The notes under the pieces: generated by a model
Told to the model about the DNA's origin: nothing
Database searches by the model: none
The model's input: the letters and a program-made list of their open reading frames with translations, nothing else
Part shown: positions 51,849 to 63,840 of the stretch, piece by piece
How positions within the stretch are numbered: position 1 is the first letter of the stretch
How the letters are laid out: every line of letters begins with the position of its first letter
Assembly: GCF_963921235.1 (NCBI RefSeq)
Contig: NC_086114.1
Location: forward strand, 61,566,001 to 61,630,000
Direction: 5' to 3'
Origin: Mobula hypostoma
Taxonomy: Eukaryota
Length of the DNA: 64,000 bases
Program-made: the position numbers and the translations under genes

Positions 51849-53595
51849 CAATGGTGTTAGCAAGTTTGTGAACCCTTTAGAATGTTCTCTATTTCTGCAT
51901 AAATGTGACCTAAAGTGTAATCAGATCTTCACACGTCCTAAAAACTAGATAAGAGAACCCAGTTAAATAACACAAAAGAACCAACGTACTTGTTCATGTA
52001 TTTATTGAGAAAAATGATCCAATATTACATGTATTTGTTGGAAAATGTACGTGAACCTTTAGGATTATCAGTTCATTTAAAGGGGCAATTACAGTCAGGT
52101 GTTTCAGTCAATGGGATGACAATCAGGTGGGGGGGGGTTGTGTATGTGTAAGTGAAAGGCCCTGCCCTATTAGTGAGAATATAATATTCTTATTAAGGCC
52201 CTATTAAGAATATAAACCTGGATCTTCACTATCAAAGTCTGATCTTCACAACACAGGCTTTTGGAAATGTTCCATGCCTTGATCAAAGGAGATTTCTGAG
52301 GACCTCAGAAAAAAAGTTGTTGATGCTCACCAGGTTGGAAAAGGATACAAAACACTTTCGAAAGAGTTTGGGCTCCACCAATCCACAGTCAGGCAGTCAG
52401 TGTACAAATGGAGGAAATTCAACACCATTGCCACTCTCCCCAGGAGCAGTCGACCAACAAATCACCTCAACAGCAAGGTGTGTAATATTCCAGGAGCTCA
52501 CAAAGAACCCCAGGGTAACATCTAAGGGGTCTCTCTTGCATTGGCTAATGCTCATGAGTCTACCATCAGGAAAACACCGAACAACAATGGTGTGCAGGGC
52601 AGGATTGCAAGGAGGAAGCCACTACTCTCCAAGAAGACCACTGCTGCCCATCTAAAGTTTGCTAAAGACCACGTGGATACGTCAGAAGGCTTTAGGAAGA
52701 ATATTCGTGGATAGATGAGTCCAAAATAGAACTTCTTGGCTTAAATGAAAAGTGTCATTTTGGTGAAAAGTAAACTCTGCATTCCAGCATAAGAACGCCA
52801 TCCCATCTGTGAAACATGGTGGTGGCAGTGTCATGGTTTGGGCCTGCTTTGCTGCCTCGGGACCAAGACAGCTTGCCATCATTGATGAAACTATGAATTT
52901 TGAATTGTACCAGCAAATTATACAGGAAAATGTGAAGGTATCCATCCATGAACTGAAGCTCAAGAAAAAGTACCCTAAATGCACAAGTCAGTCTACCACT
53001 GTATTTCTGTTATATTGACTGTCCTGTTGTACATACTATTTATTATAAATTACTATAGAGATGGAGATGTAACATAAAGATTTTTAATCCTCATGAATAT
53101 AAGGATGTAAGTAATAAAGTCAATTCAATTCAATTCAGAGAATGTTTACAGCAGAAGAAACTTCACATTTGGGAATGGCTGAGTCACAGTCCTGACCTTA
53201 ATCCTATAGGAATGTTGTAGAAAATCTGAAGAAAGCAGTTCATGCAAGGAAGCCCACCAACATCCCAGAGTTGAAGCAGTTTTGTAAAGAGAAATGGCCT
53301 AAAGTTCCTCCAAACCGATGTGCAGGACTGATCAACAGTTACTGGAAATGTTTGGTTGAAATAATTGCTTAGAAGTTACTGAAGACAAAGGTTCACATAC
53401 TTTTCCCAACAAATACATGCAATATTGGATCATTTTTCTCAATAAATAAATGAACAAGTATAATGTTATGTTTGTGTTATTTATTTGAGTTCTCATCTAG
53501 TTTTAGGACACGTGAAGATCTGATCACATTTTAGGCTATATTTATATAGAAATAGAGAAAATTCTAAAGGGTCCACAAACTTTCTAGCACCACTG
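51849..53595 (+). mobile_element. Full-length Tc1-like transposon, transposase pseudogene
   Basis: TA TSD, ~200-bp TIRs (caatggtgttagcaagtttgtgaaccc / ggtccacaaactttctagcaccactg); MP*SKEISEDLR start at 52273, KHGGGSVMVWACF; small LINE-tail insertion ~52999-53136. Confidence 0.9.
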
Positions 53596-53598
53596 TAT

Positions 53599-54255
53599 AT
53601 CAGAAGAATCAGAATCAGGTTTATTATCACTGGTGTATGATGTGAAATTTGTTAACTTAGCAGCAGCAGTTCAATGCAATACATAATATAGAAGGAAAAA
53701 ATAATAAATAAATAAGTAAACCAATTACAGCATATGTTAATGAATATATCAAAATGGTGCAAAAACATAAATAATATATATTTTAAAAGTCAGGTAGTGT
53801 TTACAGGTTCAAGGTCCATTTAGGAATTGGATGGCAGACGGGAAGAAGCTGTTCCTGAATCGCTGAATGTGTGCCTTCAGGCTTCTGTACCTCCTACCTG
53901 ATGGTAACAATGAGAAAAGGGCATGCCCTGGGTGCTGGGGGTCCTTAATAATGGATGCTGCCTTTCTGAGACACCGCTCCTTGAAGATGTCCTGGATACC
54001 TTGTAGGCTAGTACCCAAGACAGAGCCGACTAAATTCACGATCCTCCGCAGCTTCTTTTGGTCCTGTGCAGTAGTCACCCCATACCAGACAAGGATGCAG
54101 CCTGTAAGAATGCTCTCCATGGTACATATATAGAAGTTTTTGAGTGTTTTTGTTGACACACCAAATCTTTTCAAATTCCTAATGAAGTGTAGTCACTGTC
54201 CTGCTTTCTTTCTAGCTGCATCAATATGTTGGGGCCAGGTTAGGTCCTCAGAGAT
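53599..54255 (-). mobile_element. Rex1/Babar LINE 3' fragment
   Basis: NFYICTMESILTGCILVWYG...IIKDPQHPGHALFSLLPSGRRYRSL...NSFFPSAI; (ctgatt)n tail. Confidence 0.85.
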
Positions 54256-54924
54256 GTTTAGTGTGCTTTATTAACCAATTGAATGTATTTTTAAATTGCG
54301 ATGAATCATCATGTTAGAGTTGCAAGGAATGGAAACAGGCCTTTAGGTTATCAAACACCCATCTACACTCATCCTACTTTGTTCCTTGTGGAGCTTCATT
54401 AAACGTCCCCATGATTCTTCTGCCATCCACTTATGCAGGGGCTTAAAGTTTGGGAGTTCTGAAAATTAATCAGATCATACTTTCAAGTACATAGAGACAA
54501 ACAACTTTCACAAAAATAGTTTTGATGGTGGAGGCAGGTAAATGTGGTGAACAATGCAAATTAAATGAAGTTAAGGAAACTGATTATGGTAATCAAAGTA
54601 CAAAATGAGGATTTAGATCACATTTGTTGCTTGTTTCTATGGTCAAGTTGCTCAGCATTGCTTGCTAACTGCTTACAGCCCCAGTTAATTAAGACACGTT
54701 GCTACCTGCCATCATGTGGATGGAACAGGGGAGTCCATTGGTTAGTGTAAAGGTGGAAGACAAACAACAGCCACTTCCTGTCACAAATCTTTCTTGTACT
54801 AACGAAGAACAACGTACAAGGAAACCATCAGGAATGTCAGCATCCGTGGACATTTATACCGAGGCAAAGTGATCGTTCTGACAGCAGAAAACTGCTGGTG
54901 CAATTGGAAAGAGAAAGCACTTAC

Positions 54925-55006
54925 TTGTTCACCATAATGTCTACCTGCAGCAAGCATCAACTCATTTCTTTTGTAGAACTGGCATTTAATTTCAAAGAAT
55001 GCAAGC
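54925..55006 (-). CDS. VPS13C: VPS13C coding exon (first in window; upstream exons not found, probably beyond 64000): (x)LAFFEIKCQFYKRNELMLAAGRHYGEQ
   Basis: ttacag acceptor, 82 nt (1 nt + 27 codons), gtaagt donor; resembles human VPS13C KLAYYEIRYQFYKRDQLIWSVVRHYSEQ (recalled); phase 0 fits next exon. Confidence 0.9.
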
Positions 55007-55394
55007 CTGTAATCCAAGACACTTGTTAAGTATTTCTTCAAAACTGACAGACGTAAATACTTGATCACACATATTTATAAAACAACTGGTTCTTTCAATC
55101 GACAGACACGCTATCTAACGCAAATGCTCTCCGTATTGTTTAACCCGAGTTACACCAACAGAATATCCAAGAAATTAAAACTTTAACAACTGATCCTGCT
55201 GAAGTGTAAGAAGAGCAAAAATTCCCAATCAGCCGGAAGACTTGAAGCCCAGCTACCTCATTCCCATCTGTATGCTAGTCCAAGGTCATCCTGAAGGCAG
55301 AGATAGCCCTCACCACCTTTCCTTTCTTCCTCCCAACACATGGCCCTCGGTTGGTCGAGGCCAACCATGGATGTTGCATCTTATCTATCTATGT

Positions 55395-56315
55395 TGTTGG
55401 TGCAGCACCGTCTGTGGCTGATGAAAACTTAAAGGTCACATCTAAAAGTTGTCTCAGCTCTGCTGGAGGTGCAGCATTCCTTTCTGTAGGCCTGCTTGTC
55501 TTCTGCTGCTTTCAAGAATTTTTTCTTGCCTGACTTAAGGTGTTGTTTCAGGGAGCTTCTCCATTTGGTGCAGTTGGCTGCAAGTTTCTCCTACAACTCT
55601 ATGTTAACATCCAGCACTTTCATACAGACTTGCAGTGCAGTTGCGTGCGGACAGCGCTTCTCTTGCCTGAAGCCAGCTCACTAAAGAAGATGGCTTTTGG
55701 CATTGGGCCATCCTGCATGGGGCAGACATGGCCCAGTCAGCTCAGCCTACACTGCCTGAGCAGGGTGTAATACTAGGGAGGCCAACATAATAGAGAACCT
55801 CAGCATCGGGTACTCTACCTCTCCAAAAAATGCCCCAGATGTGATGAAGGCACCTTAAATAGAAAGTGTTGAGCCTTCTCTCCTGCTTAGCATATGTTGT
55901 CCAGGTCTCACTGCTGTAAAGATGCAGGAAGATTGTTCCCGATGTTGGGGAAGTCCAGAACGAGGATCACAGTTTGAGGATAAAGGCGAAGCCTTTTAGG
56001 ACTGAGATTAGGAAAAACTTCTTCACACAGAGAGTGGTGAATCTGTGGAATTCTCTGCCACAAGAAACAGTTGAGGCCAGTTCATTGGCTATATTTAAGA
56101 GGGAGTTAGATATGGCCCTTGTGGCTAGGGGGATCAGAGGGTATGGAGGGAAGGCTGGTGCAGGGTTCTGAGTTGGATGATCAGCCATGATCATAATAAA
56201 TGGCGGTGCAGGCTCGAAGGGCCGAATGGCCTACTCCTGCACCTATTTTCTATGTTTCTAAGTTTCTATGTATTGGCGAGCAAGCATTATACACTGCCAT
56301 CTTTGCTTCCCAACA
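55395..56315 (-). mobile_element. RTE-clade LINE 3' fragment interrupted by a CR1 piece
   Basis: Minus-strand remnants KMAVYNAC | LYSSETWTTYAKQERRLNTF...RLS*LGHVCPMQDGPMPK..FSEL. Confidence 0.65.
55921..56270 (+). mobile_element. Young CR1 3' end (same subfamily as 15887-19943)
   Basis: RIKAKPFRTEIRKNFFTQRVVNLWNSLPQETVEASS; 3'UTR with ttctatgt tail; near-identical in reverse complement to 15890-16225. Confidence 0.9.
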
Positions 56316-56317
56316 TA

Positions 56318-58093
56318 CCGTAAATTCCAGTGTATAATCTGAAAATTTGATCCTAAAATTAGGGGGTCGGCTTATACAGAGGGTGCCAACTTTGGAAAAA
56401 CAAATACATGGAAGACAGGTCGTATTTATTGGCTGTTTTTGAGTCAAATACAAAAGAAAAGATCTACAAAACACATTCTGTTTCTCAATTTACTTGTACA
56501 CACAGTTGTCGTCAAATGTTCAGAGCTTGAAACTTTCACCTTCTTCATTATCTGACTCTCCGAAAATCGTGTCCCATTCTTCGGCAGTCACCATATCATC
56601 GTAAGGATTGTCAATTTTTGCTTCGACATCATCATTTGCAGCTTTACTGGCTGCCAAATCTCCATCGTCTTCTTCCTAAAGCAAACGATCTTCAGTGCCA
56701 TCCACAGCATTGCTGATGCTGCACTTCTTGAAGGCCTTCACAAAGCACTCGGCCTTCGTTTTCTCCCACGATTGCACTATCCACTCGCCAACTGTAGCTA
56801 GAGATGTGGCCCTCATATTTCTCACTGGAGTGAATGACTGATTTCCAGACATCATCCATTCGTTCCACTATCGACGCATTAATTCTTTGAATGGTTTGTT
56901 TAAACTCACATCTAGTGGCTGGAGCATGGACGTCAAATCGCCGGGGATGACTGCAATGTCCGTATTTTTAGCTTTCAATGCTGCTTTTGTCTCACCTGAC
57001 AAGTGCGCTTTGAACATGTCCCAGACAAGTAGCGACTTTTCCTTCCTGAAACCTTCGGGATGTGGACGCCACACCTCTTTAACCCACTTCGTCCATCCAG
57101 CCGCATTCCTCAACGTAAACAACAACATCCCGTGGGAATTTTTCTTTCCTTGGGAATGTTTTCCTCTTAAAGATCACCATCGGTGGTAGTTTGGTCCCAA
57201 CAGCCATATACTTTAACACGACAGTAAAATGTTGCTTCTCGTGTCCAGTTGTTTTAACAAGGACTGTTTTCTCCCCCCTCTGATTGACAGTGCGGTTGCC
57301 AGCAAAATCAAAAAACATTGGTGTCTCGTCCACGTTACCAATCAGTGAGAGCGGGTAAGAATGTGCTTTTCGATGCTTGATTACAAACGACTGGAAGGCC
57401 GTAATCTTATTCTCAAGGTCGTTCGGCAACTTCTGAGCAATCTTTGTTTTTTGTCTCAACACAAGATCACATCTATTCATAAATCGGGTGCACCAACTTC
57501 ACGTAGCTTTGAAATTTTCGCTGACCTGACGGTGTTTTTTGTCCCATTTCAACACTTAACTCGAATCATTTCTCCGGTAACAATGTATCCAGACGATCGC
57601 TGGTGATTCACCCACTCTAAAACTTTTTCTTCCAGTTCTGGCCACTGGCATGTTTTCCCACAGTTTGCACATTTCTTTTTTGGCATTTCCCTCAGCATGT
57701 CCTCTGCCTTTCTCCACTCTCTCACTTGTTTCTCATTTACACTAAACTTCTTAGCAGCTGCAGAATTATTCGTTCCTTTAGCAAAATCAACAACGTTCAG
57801 CTTGAGCCAGCATCATATCGCATTCGTTTTAATCTTTTGTACATGGTGGTTGTAAACTCCATACTGAGTACACATACTGATCCCATCACCCCATGTTATG
57901 TTTTAACGAGATTACGATGGGTGCTAAATGGTTTCATGAGGGTTATATTTCAGAGGATTCTTTACCATTGGGAACCTAACCAAAAACTTCCCTCCCTGAT
58001 CCAAAACCTCTACAAAAGGGGTTGGCTTATACAAAGGTAACATGAAAAAGTCACTTTGTTAAGGGGGCTCGGCATATACACCGGAATTTACAG
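56318..58093 (-). mobile_element. Full-length pogo-superfamily (Passer-like, DD35D) DNA transposon
   Basis: TA|ccgtaaattccagtgtata...tatacaccggaatttacag|TA; transposase on - strand. Confidence 0.9.
56490..57862 (-). pseudogene. pogo/Passer-type transposase pseudogene (Brinker-like HTH, CENP-B HTH, DDE_1)
   Basis: YDAG.KLNVVDFAKGTNNSAAAKKFSVNEKQVREWRK; WPELEEKVLEWV; GNVDETP; VWD-35aa-PLD; several frameshifts and stops. Confidence 0.85.
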
Positions 58094-58283
58094 TACCTTC
58101 TTCAATCACCAATAATAATTAGGAGCTGGCAGATTTCTTTTTAACAAATAAAAGTTTAAGGTGAAAGTGTCAGACCTGTGGGGCAACTTCTCCACGTAGA
58201 TTTTGGTGTATACATGTATGGAACAAGTGACTGAGGCAGGTACAATAGTAACATTTAAGAGACATTCATACAGGTACATGTTA

Positions 58284-59433
58284 GAAGAAGAAGAAGAAGA
58301 ATATCTTTATTGTCATTGTTGTGGAGCAATGAAACACAGTTTAGCAGCTCAACATTTTGCAGCATGACAAAGAATATATACATAAAATAAACTCTAAAAC
58401 CTCAGGAGTGCAGTCCAAAATTAATAATATATGGATGGGGGGGTAGGACTATTGCACACCTGCCATTCCTGGAAGTGTGATGCATTTAGCTGCCATTGCC
58501 TTAGGAGGGGGGCAGGAGAAGGGAAGCGGGTGTTATACATCTCACTGCTTGTGGGTAGAAGCGGTTAAGGAGTCTCTTTGTTTTCATCCTTAATGCTCTG
58601 TATCTCTTCCCAGAAGGTAGAGGGGAAAACAGGTGATGTCCAGGATGAGTGGGATCCTTTGAAATACAAGTAGCCTTCTTTTGAAGTCTGCCAGTATAAA
58701 TGTCTCTGAGGGAGGGTAATGTTGTGCCAATAACCCGCTCTGCTACCCTCACCACCCGCTGCAAGTCCTTCCTGTTCTGTTCCGTGCAGCTGGTAAACCA
58801 CACTGCACAGCAATACGTCAGTAGGCTCTCTATAGTTGTCCGATAGAAGTTGATCAGCAGGTGATGAGGGAGGAGAGCATGCTTTAGCTTCCTTAGGAAG
58901 TAGAGCCTCTGTTGGGCCTTCCCCACCTGATAAGAGATATGGGCAGTCCAGGTGAGGTCAGCCGAGACGTGGACGCCGAGGAACTTGAAACTCTCTACTC
59001 TCTCCACCTCTTTCCCGTATATGTGCAGAGCAGAGTGCTCGACGCGCTTTGATTTCCTGAAGTCTACTATCAGCTCCTTGGTTTTTGTGATGTTCAAGTC
59101 CAGGTTATTATGACAACACCATTCTGTCAAATGCTGTACCTCCTCCCTATAGGCTGTCTCATCACAGTCTGATATGATACCCATTAGGGTGGTATCGTCA
59201 GCAAATTTGACAATGATGTTGGTGGAGTGAATGGTAGAGCAGTCATGGGTGAAAAGAAAATAGAGGATGGGGCTGAGAACACACCCCCGTGGTGTACCGG
59301 TGTTCAGGATGAAAGTAGATGATGTGTGTTCTCCCATCCTGACACTTTGGGGTCTGTTACTCAGAAAATCTAGTATCCGTGAGCACAGTGAGCTGCCAAG
59401 GCCCAGGTTGCTCAGTTTCTGCACCAGTTTGTA
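58284..59433 (-). mobile_element. Rex1/Babar LINE, 5'-truncated, with uninterrupted RT C-terminal ORF, inserted in a CR1 3' fragment (~58150-59550)
   Basis: ORF 58501..59460: [45 protein letters not shown]; aataaa plus (ttc)n tail. Confidence 0.92.
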
Positions 59434-59849
59434 GGAAAGGGTTAGAGGGAAATGGGCCAAATACTGGTAAATGAGACTAACTTAGATGGATATCTTGGTT
59501 GGCATGAATGAGCTGGGCTGAAAGAATTGCTTCTTTGCTATATCACTATAGCTTTATATAATACTTGGAATTTTCCCCTCTAGCCATTGTACCAACAATA
59601 CGCTATTTGACTATTTGGAAATTTTAATACTCTGGTACCTGGTTCACCCTCTGATCTTCACACCTTCTGTTCACCTGGACCTGGTTCCCGCACTCTCTTC
59701 TACTCACCCGAGTCTCCAGATCCCATTCTCCCCAGCCACTTGGTGGGCCCCAGATCCTACACTCGCTTTAGCTTACTGGGTTCTGTTCAGCCCTCCCTTG
59801 AAACTTACCTGGTTTTGAGAAAGGATCAGGTACTTTCCTGGCGTATAGG

Positions 59850-59978
59850 ACAAATAAAATCTCCTCGGGCTACCTCAAGTACAGCTATCGATAATTACTG
59901 ATGTTTCGTCATCTCTAATGAAGACGGTGAATTTGCCATCGAAACATCGGTTATAATTGTTAACTGTACCCGGCTTAC
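59850..59978 (+). mobile_element. Fold-back remnant of a second Penelope-like family with degenerate hammerhead
   Basis: CTAATGA-agacggtga..ttgccatc-GAAA-c-ATC (59915-59948); preceded by inverted partial copy actgatgtttcg. Confidence 0.55.
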
Positions 59979-60909
59979 TTGGTTTTGTTTCCTGCACTCT
60001 CTTGTGGCTTGAAAAAGTGAATTAAGTTTGTATAAGAATGTTATTAAAATAACATCTGATAGTCAAGAAAATCCAACACTAAAGTCTCAAATATTCCAGA
60101 TCAATGGAGCTACACTGGCATTAAATTCCCCATCATTCCACACAAAACTGGTTACCTATTCTACACTGTCTTCCGAACACAACCCCAAAATCTTATCCAT
60201 GTGGTTGGTTCCTTCAAATATGAACAGTCCACTTTAGTGATCCTGCCTCCTATTTTCATAAAATAAAACAAATAACTGCGTGCAGAAGAACTAAAAGTAA
60301 AACTTACTGTAAACACCTAACAGAAAGAGAAACAGTTAACACTTCAAACTGAAAGCCCCTTTGAACGAAATGGGAAGGACAGGGAAACAACTTAATTTCA
60401 AACTGCAGAGAGAATGGGAGAAGTATGGATAGACAGAACAGAGGAAATATATGACAGGGTGAGACTGGGTTCGCTATGGGGATAAATTGTAGAGATCATC
60501 CAGTTGATGAGTTTACAAGGAGATCTTGATCAGCTGGGGAAGTGAGCCAAGAAATGGCAAATGGCATTCAGTCAAGATAAATGCATCATGTTGCATTTGG
60601 GGAAGATAAATGAGGATAGGACCTTCACAGTGAACAGTAGTGCCCTGGGGAGGATTGGTAAACAGTGGGACCTAGGAGTGCAGGTACATTGTTCAAAAGT
60701 GGCATTACAAGTAAACAGGATGGAAAAGGAGGTGTTTAGCACTCTAGTCTTTATCAATTAGGTCAATAACTGCAGGTGTTGGGACATTATGTTGCAGTTC
60801 AACAAACATTGGTGAAGCCACGCTTGGACACTCCATTATTAGAAAGACAAAATTTAGGTGGAAAGATTGCAAAAAAGATTTACTGGAAGGTTGCAAGCAA
60901 AGTTGAAAA

Positions 60910-63840
60910 GGTGACGGTTACTTCTTCAGCAGTTTGAACTGTGCTAGCACGTGGAGGTCAGCCAGTGAGAACAGCGGGAAGAGTTTAAAAGGAAGACAGA
61001 TTTACAGAGTGGGCATCAGAGGAGTGGGTGATGGAGTAGTACAAAAAAGGACAGGTTGCACTTGAATCAGAGGGGGACTAATATCCTGGTGGGAAGGTTT
61101 GCTAAGGCTGTTGGGGAGAGTTTAAACTAGAATTGCTGAGGGGTGGGAACCAAACTGAAGTGACAGAGGAAAGGGAGGTTGGTTCACAAATAGAGAAAGC
61201 TTGGAGACAGTGCGAAAGGGAGGATAGACAGGTGACAGAGAAGGGACGCACTCAGTCCGATGGTTTGAGATGTGTCTATTTTAATGCAAGGAGTATCATG
61301 AATAAAGCGGATGAGTTTAGAGCGTGGATCAGCACTTGGAGCTATGATGTTGAGGCCATTACAGAGATCTGAATGGTGCAGGGGCAGGAATGGCTACTTC
61401 AAGTGCCAGGCTTTAGATGTTTCAGGAAGGATAGGGAGGGAGGTAGTAGAGGTGGGGGCATGGCACTGTTGATCAGAGATAGTGTCACAGCTGCAGAAAA
61501 GGAGGAAGTCATCGAGGGGTTGTCTACGGAGTCTCTGTGGGTGGAAATTAGGAATAGGAAGGGGTCAATAACTCTACTGGGTGTTTTTTTATAGACCACC
61601 CAATAGTAACAGGAACACCGAGGAGCAGATAGGGAGACAGATTCTGGAAAGGAGTAATAATAACAGGGTTGTTGTGGTGGGAGATTTTAATTTCCCAAAT
61701 ATTGATTGGCATCTTCCTAGAGTGAGGGGTTTAGATGGGGTAAAATTTGGTAGGTGTGTTCAGGAAAGTTTCTTGACACAATATGTAGATAAGCCTGCAA
61801 GATTAGAGGTGTACTTGATCTGGTATTGGGAAATGAACCTGGTCAGGTGTCAGGTCTCTCAGTAGGAGAGCATTTTGGAGATAGTGATCACAATTCTATC
61901 TCATTTACTGTAGCATTGGAGACGGATAGGAACAGACAAGTTAGGGAAACATTTAATTGGAGTAAGGGGAACTATGAGGCTATCAGTTAGGAACTTGAAA
62001 GCATAAATTGGAAACAGATGTCCTCAGGGAAACGTATAGAATAAATGTGGCAAATGTTCAGGGGATATTAGCATGGGGCTCTCAGTAGGTACTTTCCAAT
62101 GAGATATGGAAAGGACGGTAGGGTACAAGATCCGTGGGGTACAAAGGCTGTTGTAAATCTATTCAAGAAGAGCTTACGAAAGGTTCAAAAAACTGGGTAA
62201 TGATAGGAATCTAGAAGATTATAAGGCTAGCAGGAAGAAGCTTAAGAATGAAATTAGCAGAGCCAGAAGGGGCCATGAGAAGGCCTTGGGGGACAGGATT
62301 AAGGAAAACCCCAAGGCACTCTACAAGTATGTGAAGTGCAAGAGGATAAGACATGAGAGAATAGGACCAATCAAGTGTGACAGTGGAAAAGTGTGTATGG
62401 AACCGGAGGAAACAACTGAGGTACTTAATGAATACTTTGCTTCAGTATTCACTACGGAAAAGGATCTTGGCGATTGTAGGGATGACTTGCAGTGGACTGA
62501 CAAGCTTGAGAATGTAGATATTAAGGAAAAGGATGTGCTGGAGCTTTTGGAAAGCATCAAGTTGGATAAGTCAGCGGGACCGGATGGGATGTACCTCAGG
62601 CTACTGTGGGAAGCGAGGGAGGAGATTGCTGAGCCTCTGGCAATGATCTTTGCATCATCAAAGAGGACGGGAGAGAATCCGGAGGATTGGAGGGTTGCGG
62701 ATGTTGTTCTCTTATTCAAAAAAGGGAGTAGGGATAGCCCAGGAAATTATAGGCCTGTGAGTCTTACTTCAGTGGTTGGTAAGTTGATGGAGAAGATCCT
62801 GAGAGGCAGGATTTATGAATATTTGGAGAGGCATAACGTGATTAGGAATAGTCAGCATGGCTTTGTCAAAGGTAGGTCGTGCCTTATGAGCCTGATGAAT
62901 TTTTTGAGGAAGTGACTAAGCACATTGATGAAGGTCGAGCCGTAGATGTAGTGTATATGGATTTTAGCAAGGCATTTGATAAGGTACCCCATGCAAGGCT
63001 CATTAAGAAAGTAAGGAGGCATAGGATCCAAGGGGACATTGCTTTGTGGATCCAGAACTGACTTGCCCACAGAAGGCAAAGAGTGGTTGTAGATGGGTCA
63101 TATTCTACATGGAGGCCGGTGACCAGTGGTGCGCCTCAGGGATCTGTTCCGGGACCTCTACTCTTCATGAGTTTTATAAATGACCTGGATGAGGAAGTGG
63201 AGGGAAGGGTTAGTAAATTTGCATACGGTACATTGGCCTTCATACATCGTGGGATTGAATTTAAGAGCCAAGAGGTATTGTTGCAGCTATATAGGACTCT
63301 GGTCAGACCCCACTTGGAGTACTGTGCTCAGTTCTGGTCGCCTCACTACAGGAAGGACGTGGAAACTATAGAAAGGATACAGAGGAGATTTACAAGGATG
63401 TTGCCTGGAATGGGAAGCATGCCTTATGAGAATAGGTTGAGTGAACTTGGCCTTTTCTCCTTGGAGCGACAGAGGATGAGAGGTAACCTGATAGAGGTGT
63501 ATAAGATAATGAGAGGCATTGATCATGTGGATAGTCAGAGGCTTTTCCCCAGGGCTGAAATGGCTAGCACGAGAGGCCATAGTTTTAAGGTGCTTGGAAG
63601 TAGGTACAGAGGAGATATCAGGGGTAAGTTTTTTTTACGCAGAGAGTGGTGAGTGCATGGAATGGGCTGCCAACGGCCGTGGTGGATGCGGAAACTGTAG
63701 GGTCTTTTAAGAGACCCCTGGATGACTACATGGAGCTTAGAAAAATAGAGGGCTATGGGCAAAGCCTAGGTAGTTCTAAAGTAGGGACTTTGTGGGTCGA
63801 AGGACCTGTATTGTGCTGTAAGTTTCCTATGTTTCTATGT
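60910..63840 (+). mobile_element. CR1 LINE (subfamily of 40206-43720) with internal deletions
   Basis: Colinear with 40650-43720 from ~61040; APE and RT ORF fragments; RT deletion near 63220; ttcctatgtttctatgt tail. Confidence 0.92.

Noticed and set aside
1999-55006. Assignment to VPS13A or another paralogue
   Set aside because: [36 protein letters not shown] and the terminal RQQQ.L.KQ.S fit VPS13C as I recall it; a phylogeny would be decisive
58501-59460. 319-aa ORF as a host gene
   Set aside because: 5'-truncated Rex1 RT; the start codon comes from flanking CR1
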